The notes: generated by a model from the sequence alone, not told the origin. 64,000 nucleotides of DNA from Promethearchaeota archaeon (GCA_019058295.1 JAHPZI010000001.1:32001-96000), one strand, 5' to 3'. Shown: positions 40,400 to 51,017, numbered from the stretch's first letter. Program-made: numbers and translations.

Positions 40400-40644
40400 T
40401 ATTGCTCCACCTCCTTTAGTTCTAACGCTCCATAAAGGCAGTGTTGAGCACATTGATTACAGTGAGTGCACCCCTCTAAAAATAAAATTTTTGGCGTTAA
40501 GCTATATTGATTCGAAATCTGAATAAACGCTTCTGAGGGAGAAAATATTTGTTTATGAACATAGGAACAATTTAGTTGGCAAATAAGGCATCCAGTACAT
40601 TTTTCCTCATGGACGATGATTTCATAGAGAATTTTATTAACCAT
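40399..40644 (-). CDS. 4Fe-4S ferredoxin subunit of AOR
   Basis: CTGCLICQLNC and CTHCNQCAQHC. Confidence 0.9.
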   Translation of the reverse strand: MVNKILYEIIVHEEKCTGCLICQLNCSYVHKQIFSPSEAFIQISNQYSLTPKILFLEGCTHCNQCAQHCLYGALELKEVEQ

Positions 40645-40739
40645 AATAATACCTTATTATTTCAATTAAAATATAAAACCATCGATACTTATATAATAAA
40701 ATATTTTAATGCGCTTTTGCATAAAATCGAGATTGAATT

Positions 40740-41507
40740 TCAACTTGTTGGTGTTGGTTTTTCTTTTATCTCTAGTTTTAGCATTTTTTGTACCCAATCG
40801 GGCATTACAAATCCCATGTAGAAAAAGAGAGCTGTCAATAATAAAATTATTCTAATTAGCACTAAAAATATTGGATCAGGTGTAAATAAAGCATCTATAG
40901 GAGCCCCAATCATAAAACATATTAATGATATTAATATAAATCTACCTCTCCATTGAATCTTTGGATCATCCTTTGTTCTTATTGACGCGATAGCAAAATG
41001 TAAAAATGTAGGAGCGCCAATAAGCAGAAGAACTGCTATAAAAATTAGGACAAAACCTCTATATTCAATATCTAACTCTGTTTTTTTAATTCCAATCATA
41101 TAATCTATTGGTGCACCTGGGGCAAAAAACAAAAAATAAAACACATATACATAAAAGATTATTGAAGCTATCCCAGTAATGATTAAAACATATTTTTTCC
41201 AATTTGGATATAATAAAGAAGTGTAAATATAGAACCACATTAAAAATGCAATAGGGATGCCCATTGTGCCTAATAATATATAAATTTCATAAGCAATTAT
41301 TTTTCCAGTGATGAGCCAATATAAATATCCAAATCCGCTTGGCATCCAAGGTGTATTTATAAATAACATAAATAAACAGAATGCATAAAGTAGCTTATTT
41401 TTTCGCCTTATCGCAATACTTAAAACGAAAATAGCTAAAATGAGTGTAAAGCATATTGAAATTAAAATAAGTAACCCAGCAAGTTGAGTTGATTGGTCCA
41501 TTTTCAC
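40740..41507 (-). CDS. 7-TM membrane protein of unknown function
   Basis: Seven hydrophobic segments; no cytoplasmic output domain. Confidence 0.65.
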   Translation of the reverse strand: MKMDQSTQLAGLLILISICFTLILAIFVLSIAIRRKNKLLYAFCLFMLFINTPWMPSGFGYLYWLITGKIIAYEIYILLGTMGIPIAFLMWFYIYTSLLYPNWKKYVLIITGIASIIFYVYVFYFLFFAPGAPIDYMIGIKKTELDIEYRGFVLIFIAVLLLIGAPTFLHFAIASIRTKDDPKIQWRGRFILISLICFMIGAPIDALFTPDPIFLVLIRIILLLTALFFYMGFVMPDWVQKMLKLEIKEKPTPTS

Positions 41508-41618
41508 AACAACATTGAAATATAACTAAGTTCGCAAGGATTAATTATTATTTATGTTACTTTTTAATATAAATTATACTATTTTGTGATAAGTATTTAA
41601 TATGGCGAAAAACGAAAT

Positions 41619-43289
41619 TTATCGCCATTCAGCTCCACACATGCCACATTTATATTTCTTACCGTATAATCCTGCCACAGCTGAAATAATTTTGGTCTTG
41701 TCAGGCATTTCTCGAATGAGCAGTTTATTAGTATTTCCGCATTTCGGACATAATCTTCTCCCAGTAGACGATTCAAGAATTACTTCTTCTTGTTCTTGAG
41801 TTGAGGTAGGTTCACTCGTTTCTGATAATTTTTCTGATTCCACAAGTTCCACAGGTTCCAAAAGTTCGCTTGGTTCGCTTATTTCACTTGGTTCGCTTAT
41901 TTCACTTGGTTCGCTTATTTCACTTGGTTCACTTGGTTCAAATTTGGGCGGAGGTGAGATTTCGGGCTCACTTGTTGGCTCTTCAATCCATTCGCTTATT
42001 TCAGTTTCTTCGCTTTTTTCAGGCTCTTCGCTTAGTTCACTTGCTTCATCATAGGAAAGAGGTAAGGTTTCGGGCTCAATCGCTTGCTCTTCAATCCATT
42101 CGCTTATTTCAGTTTCTTCGCTTTTTTCACTTACTTCTTGCTGTGGAATTTGGCCAGATTCTTCAATTGAATCTATAACTTGATCTCGTGCTTTTATTCT
42201 CTCTTGTACAATTCCTTTAGGAATTGAGATAACATTTTGATCCTCCATTACATTAGTTTCGGGAGCCACATGTTTCGATTCTACATCAACATGTAATAAA
42301 AGTGCTGCTTTTAACATCTTATTTTTTTCATCTAGATTTTTGTTTTCATTCTCTAATTCAGCAACTTTTTTTTCCAATTCAATAATATTATTTTCATAAT
42401 TAGTAATAGTTGATTGGTCAATTGCAGGAGTTTGTTCGATTTCACGTAAAGCTTTGTTTTTCTCTTCTAAATCGGAAATTGTTTCAAGTAATCCATCAAT
42501 TTTATCCTGCAGGTCAGCAACGATTGCCTCTCGTTCAGATTTCATTTTTTCTATATTTTTGCTATGTGTTTCATTGACTTCTTCTAAGGAGGAAATTTGA
42601 TCCACATATTCAATAATTTTAAGATTCATATTATCAATAACTTCTTGGTTGATTTCTACACTATCGATAACTTCTTGAAGTTTTTCTTTTTCCTCTTCTA
42701 AATCAGCAATTTTTTTATTTAAGCCAGCAATTTCATTTTCAAAATTTGATTTTTCTTCCTTTAGGGCGTCCACTGAATCCAAGTCATTTTCTACTACTGA
42801 AGTATCTTTTGCCGTATCCATATTTTGTAGAAGTATTTCATTTTTCTCCTCCAAATCAGCAATTTTTTTATTTAAGCCAGCAATTTCATTTTCAAAATTT
42901 GATTTTTCTTCCTTTAGGGCGTCGATTAAATTCAGGGCATTCTCAAAATTTGAATTTTCTTTTAACTCATCAATGATTTTTCTAGATTTTTCAAGTTCCG
43001 ATTTTAATTCATCAATTTTAGATTCCAACGCTTTAATATTACTCTCTTTTTTGCCTATTTCATCTCTTTGCGACGTAACCATATCCTTTAAGATTTTGAC
43101 GTCTTCCGCATCAACGCTCATACTTTTAGAACTAATATCGTTTTCTATAATTAATGATTTCTGCTCCGGTATTTGCCCCCCCAAACTTATAATCTCGTCT
43201 TGTAATTGTTTAATAGTGTTTTCTAATTCTAAACGATGTTTCAGTTCTCGTTCTGCTGATTCAATAAAATCTTTTACCTCTTTACTCAT
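41619..43289 (-). CDS. Long coiled-coil protein with acidic E/P/S linker and C-terminal Zn ribbon
   Basis: Heptads, EPSEIS repeats, CPKCGN...YGKKYKCGMCGAEWR. Confidence 0.75.
   Translation of the reverse strand: MSKEVKDFIESAERELKHRLELENTIKQLQDEIISLGGQIPEQKSLIIENDISSKSMSVDAEDVKILKDMVTSQRDEIGKKESNIKALESKIDELKSELEKSRKIIDELKENSNFENALNLIDALKEEKSNFENEIAGLNKKIADLEEKNEILLQNMDTAKDTSVVENDLDSVDALKEEKSNFENEIAGLNKKIADLEEEKEKLQEVIDSVEINQEVIDNMNLKIIEYVDQISSLEEVNETHSKNIEKMKSEREAIVADLQDKIDGLLETISDLEEKNKALREIEQTPAIDQSTITNYENNIIELEKKVAELENENKNLDEKNKMLKAALLLHVDVESKHVAPETNVMEDQNVISIPKGIVQERIKARDQVIDSIEESGQIPQQEVSEKSEETEISEWIEEQAIEPETLPLSYDEASELSEEPEKSEETEISEWIEEPTSEPEISPPPKFEPSEPSEISEPSEISEPSEISEPSELLEPVELVESEKLSETSEPTSTQEQEEVILESSTGRRLCPKCGNTNKLLIREMPDKTKIISAVAGLYGKKYKCGMCGAEWR
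41865..42923. repeat. Nested intragenic repeats
   Basis: 18-nt tandem at ~41865-41940; 44-nt exact pair 41978-42021/42086-42129; 71-nt exact pair 42700-42770/42853-42923. Confidence 0.85.
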
Positions 43290-43436
43290 TTTATAAAACT
43301 CTTGATTTTTTTTACAAAAAAAAGATTAATTTAATAAAAAATAAGAAAATCATTATTAAAAAATTTAAGGAAATAGTAATGATAAATTATGAATTTAGAT
43401 ATTTTAAAGAATAAACGTAGGATTTTAAAAACTATG

Positions 43437-44612
43437 TTATTTTTTTAGCATTTCTTTCTCTTTTCTGAATTTTCTTTTCTCTATTCTTTTTTTGACAACG
43501 CAAAATACTTCGCCTCTCATCATTGTGGTAAAACAAGAATTACAGCTTTTACAAAGTGCGGGAGATAAATCACCACTCTTCCAACGATTTGGTAGGTCTG
43601 GTTCATAAAGCAATGCTCTACACATAGATATAAAATCAGCGTGATTCTCTTTTAGAATTTTTTCTGCAGATATGGGATTTTTAATACCGCCTACAAGAAT
43701 TAATTGACAATTATTCATGATTGGTTTTAATTTTTTAGCAGTAGATAAAAAATAATTCTCATCCTCCGGAGTTTTAATCACATTGCTGGGGTACGCCTTT
43801 TTTAATTCTCTCATTGATTCTAGCATTGACTCTCCACCACCTCCGCTAGTTTCAATTGCGTCATATCCCACATCTACAAGAATTTTCGTAATTTCTTTTG
43901 CTTCATTTACGGTGAGACCCCCTGAAATAAAATCTTGTGTTTGTAATTTAATAATTATCGGAAAATTTTTCCCAATCTCATCCCTAAGTTGATTGTAAAT
44001 ATCGACTAAAATTTTAGTCCGTTTTTGAGTATCACCTCCATACTCATCATTACGCTTATTTGCGAAGGTAGAAATAAAATCGCTAAGTAAATAACCATGA
44101 GCAGCATGCACTTGTACCATATCATAACCGATCTCATAGGCTCTACGACCTGCATCTACAAATCTTTCAATAATAGCTCTAATTTCTTCTACAGTTAATT
44201 CTCGAGGTATTAACTTTGTATATTTATTAGGAATTGGGGAAGGTCCAACAGGGGGATATCTTGGATCAATCAATTGACGACCAATATGAACAAATTGTGG
44301 AGCAATTCTAACCTCAGAATAATCGTGAACCGCTTTAACTAATTTTTTTTGTCCTGGTATAAAAGAATCGTCGTATAAATTGGTTTGGTCTGGGGATCCA
44401 GAACTTTTAGGATCAACAGCAATAGCCCCTGTGATTATTAATCCTGTTCCCCCTTGGGCTAAATCTGTGTATAATTTTATAAGTCGGTCAGTTACATACC
44501 CATCTTTGGTTGCCCTTCTTTCATAGGTCCCAGATCGGACAATTCTATTTTTAATTTGGACGTTTCTAATTTTTCCAGAACTAAAAAGGTATTTTAATTC
44601 TATTTTAATCAC
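43437..44612 (-). CDS. NADH:flavin oxidoreductase (Old Yellow Enzyme family)
   Basis: KNRIVRS, GGTGLIITG, HAAHGYLL, N.R.DEYGG, C-terminal CxxCxxC. Confidence 0.9.
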   Translation of the reverse strand: MIKIELKYLFSSGKIRNVQIKNRIVRSGTYERRATKDGYVTDRLIKLYTDLAQGGTGLIITGAIAVDPKSSGSPDQTNLYDDSFIPGQKKLVKAVHDYSEVRIAPQFVHIGRQLIDPRYPPVGPSPIPNKYTKLIPRELTVEEIRAIIERFVDAGRRAYEIGYDMVQVHAAHGYLLSDFISTFANKRNDEYGGDTQKRTKILVDIYNQLRDEIGKNFPIIIKLQTQDFISGGLTVNEAKEITKILVDVGYDAIETSGGGGESMLESMRELKKAYPSNVIKTPEDENYFLSTAKKLKPIMNNCQLILVGGIKNPISAEKILKENHADFISMCRALLYEPDLPNRWKSGDLSPALCKSCNSCFTTMMRGEVFCVVKKRIEKRKFRKEKEMLKK

Positions 44613-44676
44613 CCATAGTTAGAAAAAGTTCTATAAATAATTCAAATTTATTCTAAAAAAGTATTAAATGATTTAT

Positions 44677-45561
44677 TTATTTCATTTTAGCGATTTCTTC
44701 GTTTATTTGTCGCATACGCTCCTCTATACTTTCAATACCCAATTTTTGCGCAAATTCTTCAAGTTTTTCTGTATCTTGGTCTAAAATTCTTCTCCATATT
44801 AACCCGCCATCAACGACGAGAGCATGCCCAGAAACAAAATTAGAATCCTCACTAGCTAACCAGAGAGCAGCTTTGGCGATGTCTTCCGGGAGACCAGCTC
44901 GTTTAATTGGTTGTATCTCATTTAAAAGGATTTTTGCCAATACTGCTAACCGTTCTGCCTTATCTTGTGGCAATCCGATTCCTTTTCCAAAGATTGGTGT
45001 TGCAATTCCTCCAGGACAAATAGAATTCACACGAATATTATGTTCACCTACTTCCTCAGCAACTGTACGAGTTAGATGGATGATTGCTGCCTTGGCAGCG
45101 CTGTAAACATGAGGTGCCATGCCAGTTCTGAGTCCTGCCACACTGGCAGTGCTAATTATACAACCCGATCCTTGTTTTTTCATCACTGGAATTGCATTTT
45201 TCATTCCGAGAAATACGCTGCGGAACATTACTTCCATAGTCACATCGAATGCATCTGTAGGTATATCTTCAATCGGCCCTCCAGCACCTCCAAAACCTGC
45301 GTTATTAAACATAACATCAAGGCGTCCGAATTTTTCCACAGCAAAATCGATGGCAGCCTTGATTTCAGATTCATTACGTACATTCGTATGAAGATATATC
45401 GCATTTGATCCGAGCTCTTCGGCAAGGGCTTTACCTCTCTCATCTTGTATATCGCCAAATATAACACGAGCTCCCTCTTCAATAAATAGACGAACAGAGG
45501 CCTTACCTATACCACTTGCTCCACCTGTTATTATAACTACCTTATCATCAAGTCTACCCAT
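44677..45561 (-). CDS. SDR family oxidoreductase
   Basis: TGGASGIG, NNAG, YSAAK. Confidence 0.95.
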   Translation of the reverse strand: MGRLDDKVVIITGGASGIGKASVRLFIEEGARVIFGDIQDERGKALAEELGSNAIYLHTNVRNESEIKAAIDFAVEKFGRLDVMFNNAGFGGAGGPIEDIPTDAFDVTMEVMFRSVFLGMKNAIPVMKKQGSGCIISTASVAGLRTGMAPHVYSAAKAAIIHLTRTVAEEVGEHNIRVNSICPGGIATPIFGKGIGLPQDKAERLAVLAKILLNEIQPIKRAGLPEDIAKAALWLASEDSNFVSGHALVVDGGLIWRRILDQDTEKLEEFAQKLGIESIEERMRQINEEIAKMK

Positions 45562-45741
45562 TTTAACACATCATTTTTTCTAATAAAATTTATTTAAATT
45601 TGATTTTCTAAATATTCCTTAAATTAAAATTGTAATGTATGATGGATTTTGGATATCTTATTTTTTATATTTAATTATTTAATTATTTATATTTCTTCTC
45701 CTTATTATTTATATTAATTATTGATTTTACGACTGATTATT

Positions 45742-46683
45742 ATGAAGAAATTAAAGGGTAAGAATTGTCTTATTACGGGTGCTGCCTCTGGAATAGGGCG
45801 TCAATTAGCACTCCAATTGGCAAAAGAGGGAATGAATCTTTTTCTTTCTGATATTGTTATGGATAAGTTAGAAGAAGTCAAGGAAGAAATTGAAAAAATG
45901 GGAAATAAGGTATTTATTTGTAAATGTGATGTTTCTAAGTTCGATGAGATGCAACACTTAGCTGATGTATTTTTCAAGAAATATGAAGACTTAGACTTAT
46001 TAATTAATAATGTTGGCATTGCAGGTGGTGGATTTATTGAAGCAATTGAATTAAGCGAATGGAAAAGGGTTTTTGAGGTGAATTTTTGGTCTATTGTTTA
46101 TGCAATTAAGATCTTTTTACCAAAAATGCTTGAAAGAGGTTCAGGTCATTTTGTGAGTACAGGTTCTGGTGCTGGGATTGTGGGATTACCAGCACATCCT
46201 CATTACGTAGCATCGAAATTTGCCGTTGTTGGGCTTACTGAAGCTTTATATAGCGAATTGTATAATTCTGGGATCAATTTTTCTGTAATCTGTCCAATTC
46301 GTGTGAATACAAACATAGGTATGACAAGTCCAATAACTATAGATCCTAGTTTATTAACAGAAACAGATCCAGAAGAAATTAAAAAGAAATTTCAGACTTT
46401 TAGGGAGATCTGGTGGGAGGATTATTTTTCTATGGCGATAGAACCAGAGTATGCGGCTAAAAAGTATATAAAAGGGATAAAAAAAAACAAGTTATATATT
46501 TTTGATAAACGACGTGTTAGATTGGCTATGTTTATTAAAGCTGTGGGTCTTAAACATGTGTATAAAGCTGTTTTAAGAAAACTAAGTGAAGAGGATATTT
46601 CTGCCATTGAAAAGGGACTCGTTGAATCTGGATTATCTACAAGAGACCATCTATTAAAAGAATTAGGCAATAGGATTATGTAA
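45742..46683 (+). CDS. SDR family oxidoreductase
   Basis: TGAASGIG, NNVG, YVASK; ATG 45742 preferred. Confidence 0.9.
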   Translation: MKKLKGKNCLITGAASGIGRQLALQLAKEGMNLFLSDIVMDKLEEVKEEIEKMGNKVFICKCDVSKFDEMQHLADVFFKKYEDLDLLINNVGIAGGGFIEAIELSEWKRVFEVNFWSIVYAIKIFLPKMLERGSGHFVSTGSGAGIVGLPAHPHYVASKFAVVGLTEALYSELYNSGINFSVICPIRVNTNIGMTSPITIDPSLLTETDPEEIKKKFQTFREIWWEDYFSMAIEPEYAAKKYIKGIKKNKLYIFDKRRVRLAMFIKAVGLKHVYKAVLRKLSEEDISAIEKGLVESGLSTRDHLLKELGNRIM

Positions 46684-46761
46684 ATCCTATATCATTTTTT
46701 TCCCTTCCATACTCTCCTTGTAATGAATATCTTTTCCCCAAAATTTTTAGATCTTTTATAA

Positions 46762-47223
46762 TTATTCTAATTCTTCTTCCAATAATTTATCATAATCTAT
46801 ACCAAGGTGTAGCATTGCCTTTATATCACTTTTGAATCTCTCAAAATACACTCTCTTATCTTCAACCGGTAATTTCATTTTATCAGCATAATTACTCGTG
46901 AATCTATTTGTAATTTTAGTTGAGAATTGAATTATTTCATCAGAACTTGCTTCAATATCACATTTTATAATAATGAGATAATTTATTTTTTCAATTCTTT
47001 TAATAAAAAATCTACCAGAACCTAACATTACTTCTTTCACTTCATTGTCCTGGACTTGAGTCGCAATGGTTTTTAAACCTTGAAGGAAATGGGATAACAG
47101 AGCAACATTGTTTTGTTTAGCACCTTGAATATAGCTTTCAAAGATGAAAATGGGCACTCCATTATCGTCAATAATGTAAATCCAATTAATCTGATTCGAT
47201 AAATATGTTAATTTCGTTGAAAT
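46762..47223 (-). CDS. Longin-like domain protein (N-terminus extends beyond the ORF-track start)
   Basis: In-frame extension ...QINWIYIIDDNGVPIF supplies longin strands 1-2; LLSHFLQGL..IA helix. Confidence 0.65.
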   Translation of the reverse strand: MSTKLTYLSNQINWIYIIDDNGVPIFIFESYIQGAKQNNVALLSHFLQGLKTIATQVQDNEVKEVMLGSGRFFIKRIEKINYLIIIKCDIEASSDEIIQFSTKITNRFTSNYADKMKLPVEDKRVYFERFKSDIKAMLHLGIDYDKLLEEELE

Positions 47224-47230
47224 TTTACAC

Positions 47231-47788
47231 CTACTTCATTTGGATTAGATATTTATCAAACACGGTATAAATTGAAGTTTTAAACAATTTATAATCAAAT
47301 TCAGGAGGAATAATACCTATCAATTCGTCAATTAATTTTGATTCAACGATTTCATCAATTTTTTCAAATTTTTCCTTCTTGTTTAAATTAGGATCATACT
47401 TATGAAGGAAAATCGATAATTCTATGGGATGTCCCCATTCTTTAAGTAAATTGATGATCTTTTCACAATATTCCAATGCTAATTCATATCTTTTAATGTC
47501 CTGGACATCAATCACAAAAATTATTTTTTTCGCGCCTTCTAAATAGTTCTTAAAATTAGTTAAATACTCTTCTCGGAACTTTTCCTGGCCTCCAAAATCC
47601 CAAATACTCATTAAGGACTCCTCCGTTTCGAATGTTTTAATATCACAACCAATAGTTGGCTTAAGTGAGCAATAGGATAAAATATTGCTATCTTTACTTA
47701 AACTAATAAGAATAGAAGTTTTACCACTATTATCGAGCCCCATTATTAAAATTTTATATTGTTTCGGTTTAGGAGATACGCTACTCAT
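47231..47788 (-). CDS. Small GTPase, Arf/Rag(Gtr1)-like
   Basis: GLDNSGKTS, PTIG, WDFGGQ, HKYD, TSIY. Confidence 0.9.
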   Translation of the reverse strand: MSSVSPKPKQYKILIMGLDNSGKTSILISLSKDSNILSYCSLKPTIGCDIKTFETEESLMSIWDFGGQEKFREEYLTNFKNYLEGAKKIIFVIDVQDIKRYELALEYCEKIINLLKEWGHPIELSIFLHKYDPNLNKKEKFEKIDEIVESKLIDELIGIIPPEFDYKLFKTSIYTVFDKYLIQMK

Positions 47789-47887
47789 TTTTGAATTCCT
47801 CTTATTTTTTTAGATAATATATGCTGATAAATTATTTGTTATTAACTCATTTAATTACTTCTTATTTAAAATTTAATGTTAAGAAAA

Positions 47888-50263
47888 TTAAATATCAGTT
47901 GGTTGGAAGACTTTTTTCTCTATCAAGTCGAAAATTAACTGGGTTCTTTTTGGATCATATGCTTGTTCCGGCATTAGAAAAGTTGTGAAAAAGTAGTCTA
48001 ACTTATTTTGCTTCATGATTGATTTTGTCTTCTGAATTAAAGATATCTCAGCGGCACTCAGTTCTATACCTTCGATGTCTACAATCTTTAAAGGAGATAT
48101 AAAAGAAGTATTTAAATGACGCTCAATTAATCCCTTTATTCCCGCAAAAGGTTCAAGGTTTCCAGCAAATTTTTCGAGTAATTCACCATATTCGCGGTCG
48201 ATATCGTATGATAATGCCGTAACTGATTTTAAGAACTCTTCTGAGGGACGATCTTTTAAAATAAAGATTAGCCTGAAGTCTTTAAATTCAGACATTAAAA
48301 TCTTTGAATCTTTATACTCTAAAGATATTGATTGGGATTGTTCATAGGAACTTGTAAGTTCAATTCCAAACGCCCGAATTGCATCTAAAAATCCCGAAAT
48401 TAGAGTTGCATCCAATTTTTTCCCCGCAAAAAATTGTTCATACACATTTAATGCTGATTTTTTGTTAATCACTATTACGTAATTGAGATTAAAAGCATCT
48501 AAAAATTTATTATAAAGCCTTTCTTTCTTTAATTCTCGACTTTTCATAACCTTTTTATAAGCTGTTAAAGATGCAAAGCCCCCTGCTATAACTAAACCTG
48601 TTATTATAACAGCAATTATGACTAACGAATAATCTACTTCTGTTGTAGTTTTAGAATCGTCATCATCGCCACTAGGAGGTAAGAGTGTTGTAACACCCCC
48701 TCCACCTGTAATTTCAAACTTCTGAGTTTGAACACCTGCATCTGTCTCATTATTCCAAAATACCAACGCAGTCCATTCACCAGATATCGCACTTGGGAGG
48801 ATAGTATGATTTAAGGGAAACTCGTTTGATGATGTAACAACAACTAATTTTTCTGCTTGTTTCGATCCTATTGTATTCAATAGAATAAAAGTGTAATTAC
48901 CCAATTTTGCGGGATCATGAACAAAAAATTCCAAGTTTTCCCCAACTTTAAAAGTGGTTAATGGAACGCGTAATTCAACATCCAAATTTGTTGAATTTGC
49001 GATAATATTCAAATCAGTATTTGGGTTTATAGTATTGTTTAAGATGTATACAGAATTTCCATTTATATTAACATCTAAACTATCCGTTATGTTATTAGTT
49101 CCGTTGAAAACACTTACATATTTCCAATTATCAGGATATTTATATTTAATTGAATAGTTATATCCAAATCTATCAAGAGTTGGATCTACAGTCCAAAGAT
49201 TATCTATGTTCTTCTTAATTAATATGGAACCCCCAGAAGTTAGAGTATTGTTTAACCTTATGTAATAACTTATATTGAAATAAAGAGCATTAGAAATATT
49301 ATTCTTAACTGGAATATTCAAAATTGATGTATTTGGGAAATATTGATCTAATGACACACTCAAGTTACCTTTTCCAGCTTCATTTCCATCAATAATTGAA
49401 TGATCAATTCCATTAATTTCAGCAGTCAAATCGATTTCACTTGGATAGAATGTTGTATTTATTTGCCGGATTAATCTATAAGTAAAGGGTTGACCTGGAG
49501 ATCTATAATCACTCGACCATCCTAAAGTCCTAGAATATCTAGAGCTATTTAAATTAGGATTATTAGCATCATAACTCTTATAATACCATTGATAACTCAT
49601 TTGGGTGGGGGGGGTTAAAGCTATTGATGTTCCATTCATTACAAAATAATAATATCCATTAGAGAGGTCAATCGGAGTGGAAAATGTTTGTCTATGCCAG
49701 CCTATTCCAGCGGCTTTTGACATATTGAGTAATATTGGATTTCCATATTCAGTATTTTCATCAGGTGCTCCCACTGGATCAGAACCGAATACATGGAAAT
49801 ACATATCTGTCGGTTGTAGAGAACTATTAAAACCATAAATATCTACACCATAAAGAATAGTAGGAACGTCGATTTTGAATTGAGCACCTAACATGGGAAA
49901 ATTTTTATCCAATGTATGTGAAGGATCGAGTTGTTCGAAATCTATAACTGTTTTTGTCTCATTTTCAAAATCTATGTCAGTTATATTAAACTCAATATTA
50001 GTGGCATTCCATCTTGATGTACCTAAATTTATATCGATTGAACTGATATTTGTCATTGTACCTTTATTTTCAGCAGTTTCAAGCATCGTGAAATTTTGAT
50101 AAACTGTCAAAGTTTTATCATAATATTCATAGCTAGATGCTTTTAAACTTTCCTCACTATCTCGAGCGTAAGAACTATTAACATTACTATAAAAAGCTGA
50201 AGCGATTATTGAATAAATTAAAACACTTAAAAAAATAATTCTTTTATTCATTGAACTCTTCAA
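47888..50263 (-). CDS. Single-pass membrane protein: large extracellular beta-rich region plus cytoplasmic longin-like domain
   Basis: Signal peptide, many NxS/T sequons, DDDD linker, TM, then LNYVIVINKKSALNVY...DATLISGFLDAIRAFG. Confidence 0.75.
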   Translation of the reverse strand: MKSSMNKRIIFLSVLIYSIIASAFYSNVNSSYARDSEESLKASSYEYYDKTLTVYQNFTMLETAENKGTMTNISSIDINLGTSRWNATNIEFNITDIDFENETKTVIDFEQLDPSHTLDKNFPMLGAQFKIDVPTILYGVDIYGFNSSLQPTDMYFHVFGSDPVGAPDENTEYGNPILLNMSKAAGIGWHRQTFSTPIDLSNGYYYFVMNGTSIALTPPTQMSYQWYYKSYDANNPNLNSSRYSRTLGWSSDYRSPGQPFTYRLIRQINTTFYPSEIDLTAEINGIDHSIIDGNEAGKGNLSVSLDQYFPNTSILNIPVKNNISNALYFNISYYIRLNNTLTSGGSILIKKNIDNLWTVDPTLDRFGYNYSIKYKYPDNWKYVSVFNGTNNITDSLDVNINGNSVYILNNTINPNTDLNIIANSTNLDVELRVPLTTFKVGENLEFFVHDPAKLGNYTFILLNTIGSKQAEKLVVVTSSNEFPLNHTILPSAISGEWTALVFWNNETDAGVQTQKFEITGGGGVTTLLPPSGDDDDSKTTTEVDYSLVIIAVIITGLVIAGGFASLTAYKKVMKSRELKKERLYNKFLDAFNLNYVIVINKKSALNVYEQFFAGKKLDATLISGFLDAIRAFGIELTSSYEQSQSISLEYKDSKILMSEFKDFRLIFILKDRPSEEFLKSVTALSYDIDREYGELLEKFAGNLEPFAGIKGLIERHLNTSFISPLKIVDIEGIELSAAEISLIQKTKSIMKQNKLDYFFTTFLMPEQAYDPKRTQLIFDLIEKKVFQPTDI

Positions 50264-50414
50264 ATATCTATTAATTGATAACTAGTCAAACTAATAATCA
50301 TAATTATTTAAATGTTAATTTAATAATTCAAAAATTATCTCATTATAATTATTAAGAAAATGAAAAATCACTCTGATTGATGATTGATTTTGAATAAAAA
50401 AAGAAAAAAATAAT

Positions 50415-51017
50415 TTAGCTCTTAAGTTTTTGGAGCAAGAAAGCAAAATTTTTTCCTAAATTTTTAAAAGTTTCAATTCCTTCCTTGTCTTTCTTGAAAG
50501 CATCTGGAACCATTACATTCGGATTTACGCCTAAATTCCAATAGCTAGAACCGACAACAAACATTTCATTAATTAAGAAGAAGTAATTTATACTCGAGAA
50601 AACATGAGTTGCTCCTGCTCGCCTTACAGCGACTACTGCTGCGCCAACTTTATGTTTGAGAAGGTCCCCATTAACTTTACTTACAAGCCCCGCTCTTTCA
50701 ATTAATGCTTTTATTGTAGTACACGTATCTGCAAAAAATGTGGGAGAGCCTAGTATTATACCATCCGCTTCAAGTATTTTTTCAATATAGTCATTCATTT
50801 TATCAGTTTTGACGGCACATCTCTTGTTTTTATTTTGTAAACATTGATAACAAGAGTTACATCCTTGGAGTTTATCCATACCAATCCAATTATAATCCAC
50901 TTCAACTCCAGCAGCCTTCAATTCATCCATTACAATATTTAAACATTGGTAGGTAACACCTTCCTTCCTAGGACTTCCATTAAATACAACAACATTCATT
51001 TCTAATATTCTCTCCAT
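50415..51017 (-). CDS. Iron-sulfur flavoprotein / flavodoxin family
   Basis: NGSPRKEG, CNSCYQC.....C, ADGIILGSP. Confidence 0.9.
   Translation of the reverse strand: MERILEMNVVVFNGSPRKEGVTYQCLNIVMDELKAAGVEVDYNWIGMDKLQGCNSCYQCLQNKNKRCAVKTDKMNDYIEKILEADGIILGSPTFFADTCTTIKALIERAGLVSKVNGDLLKHKVGAAVVAVRRAGATHVFSSINYFFLINEMFVVGSSYWNLGVNPNVMVPDAFKKDKEGIETFKNLGKNFAFLLQKLKS

Noticed and set aside
40400-40453. N-terminal extension of AOR given in the ORF track
   Set aside because: It overlaps the ferredoxin gene; the GGAGGTGG RBS and TAATG coupling support ATG 40399.
41865-41940. CRISPR array
   Set aside because: In-frame 18-nt tandem coding repeats without unique spacers.
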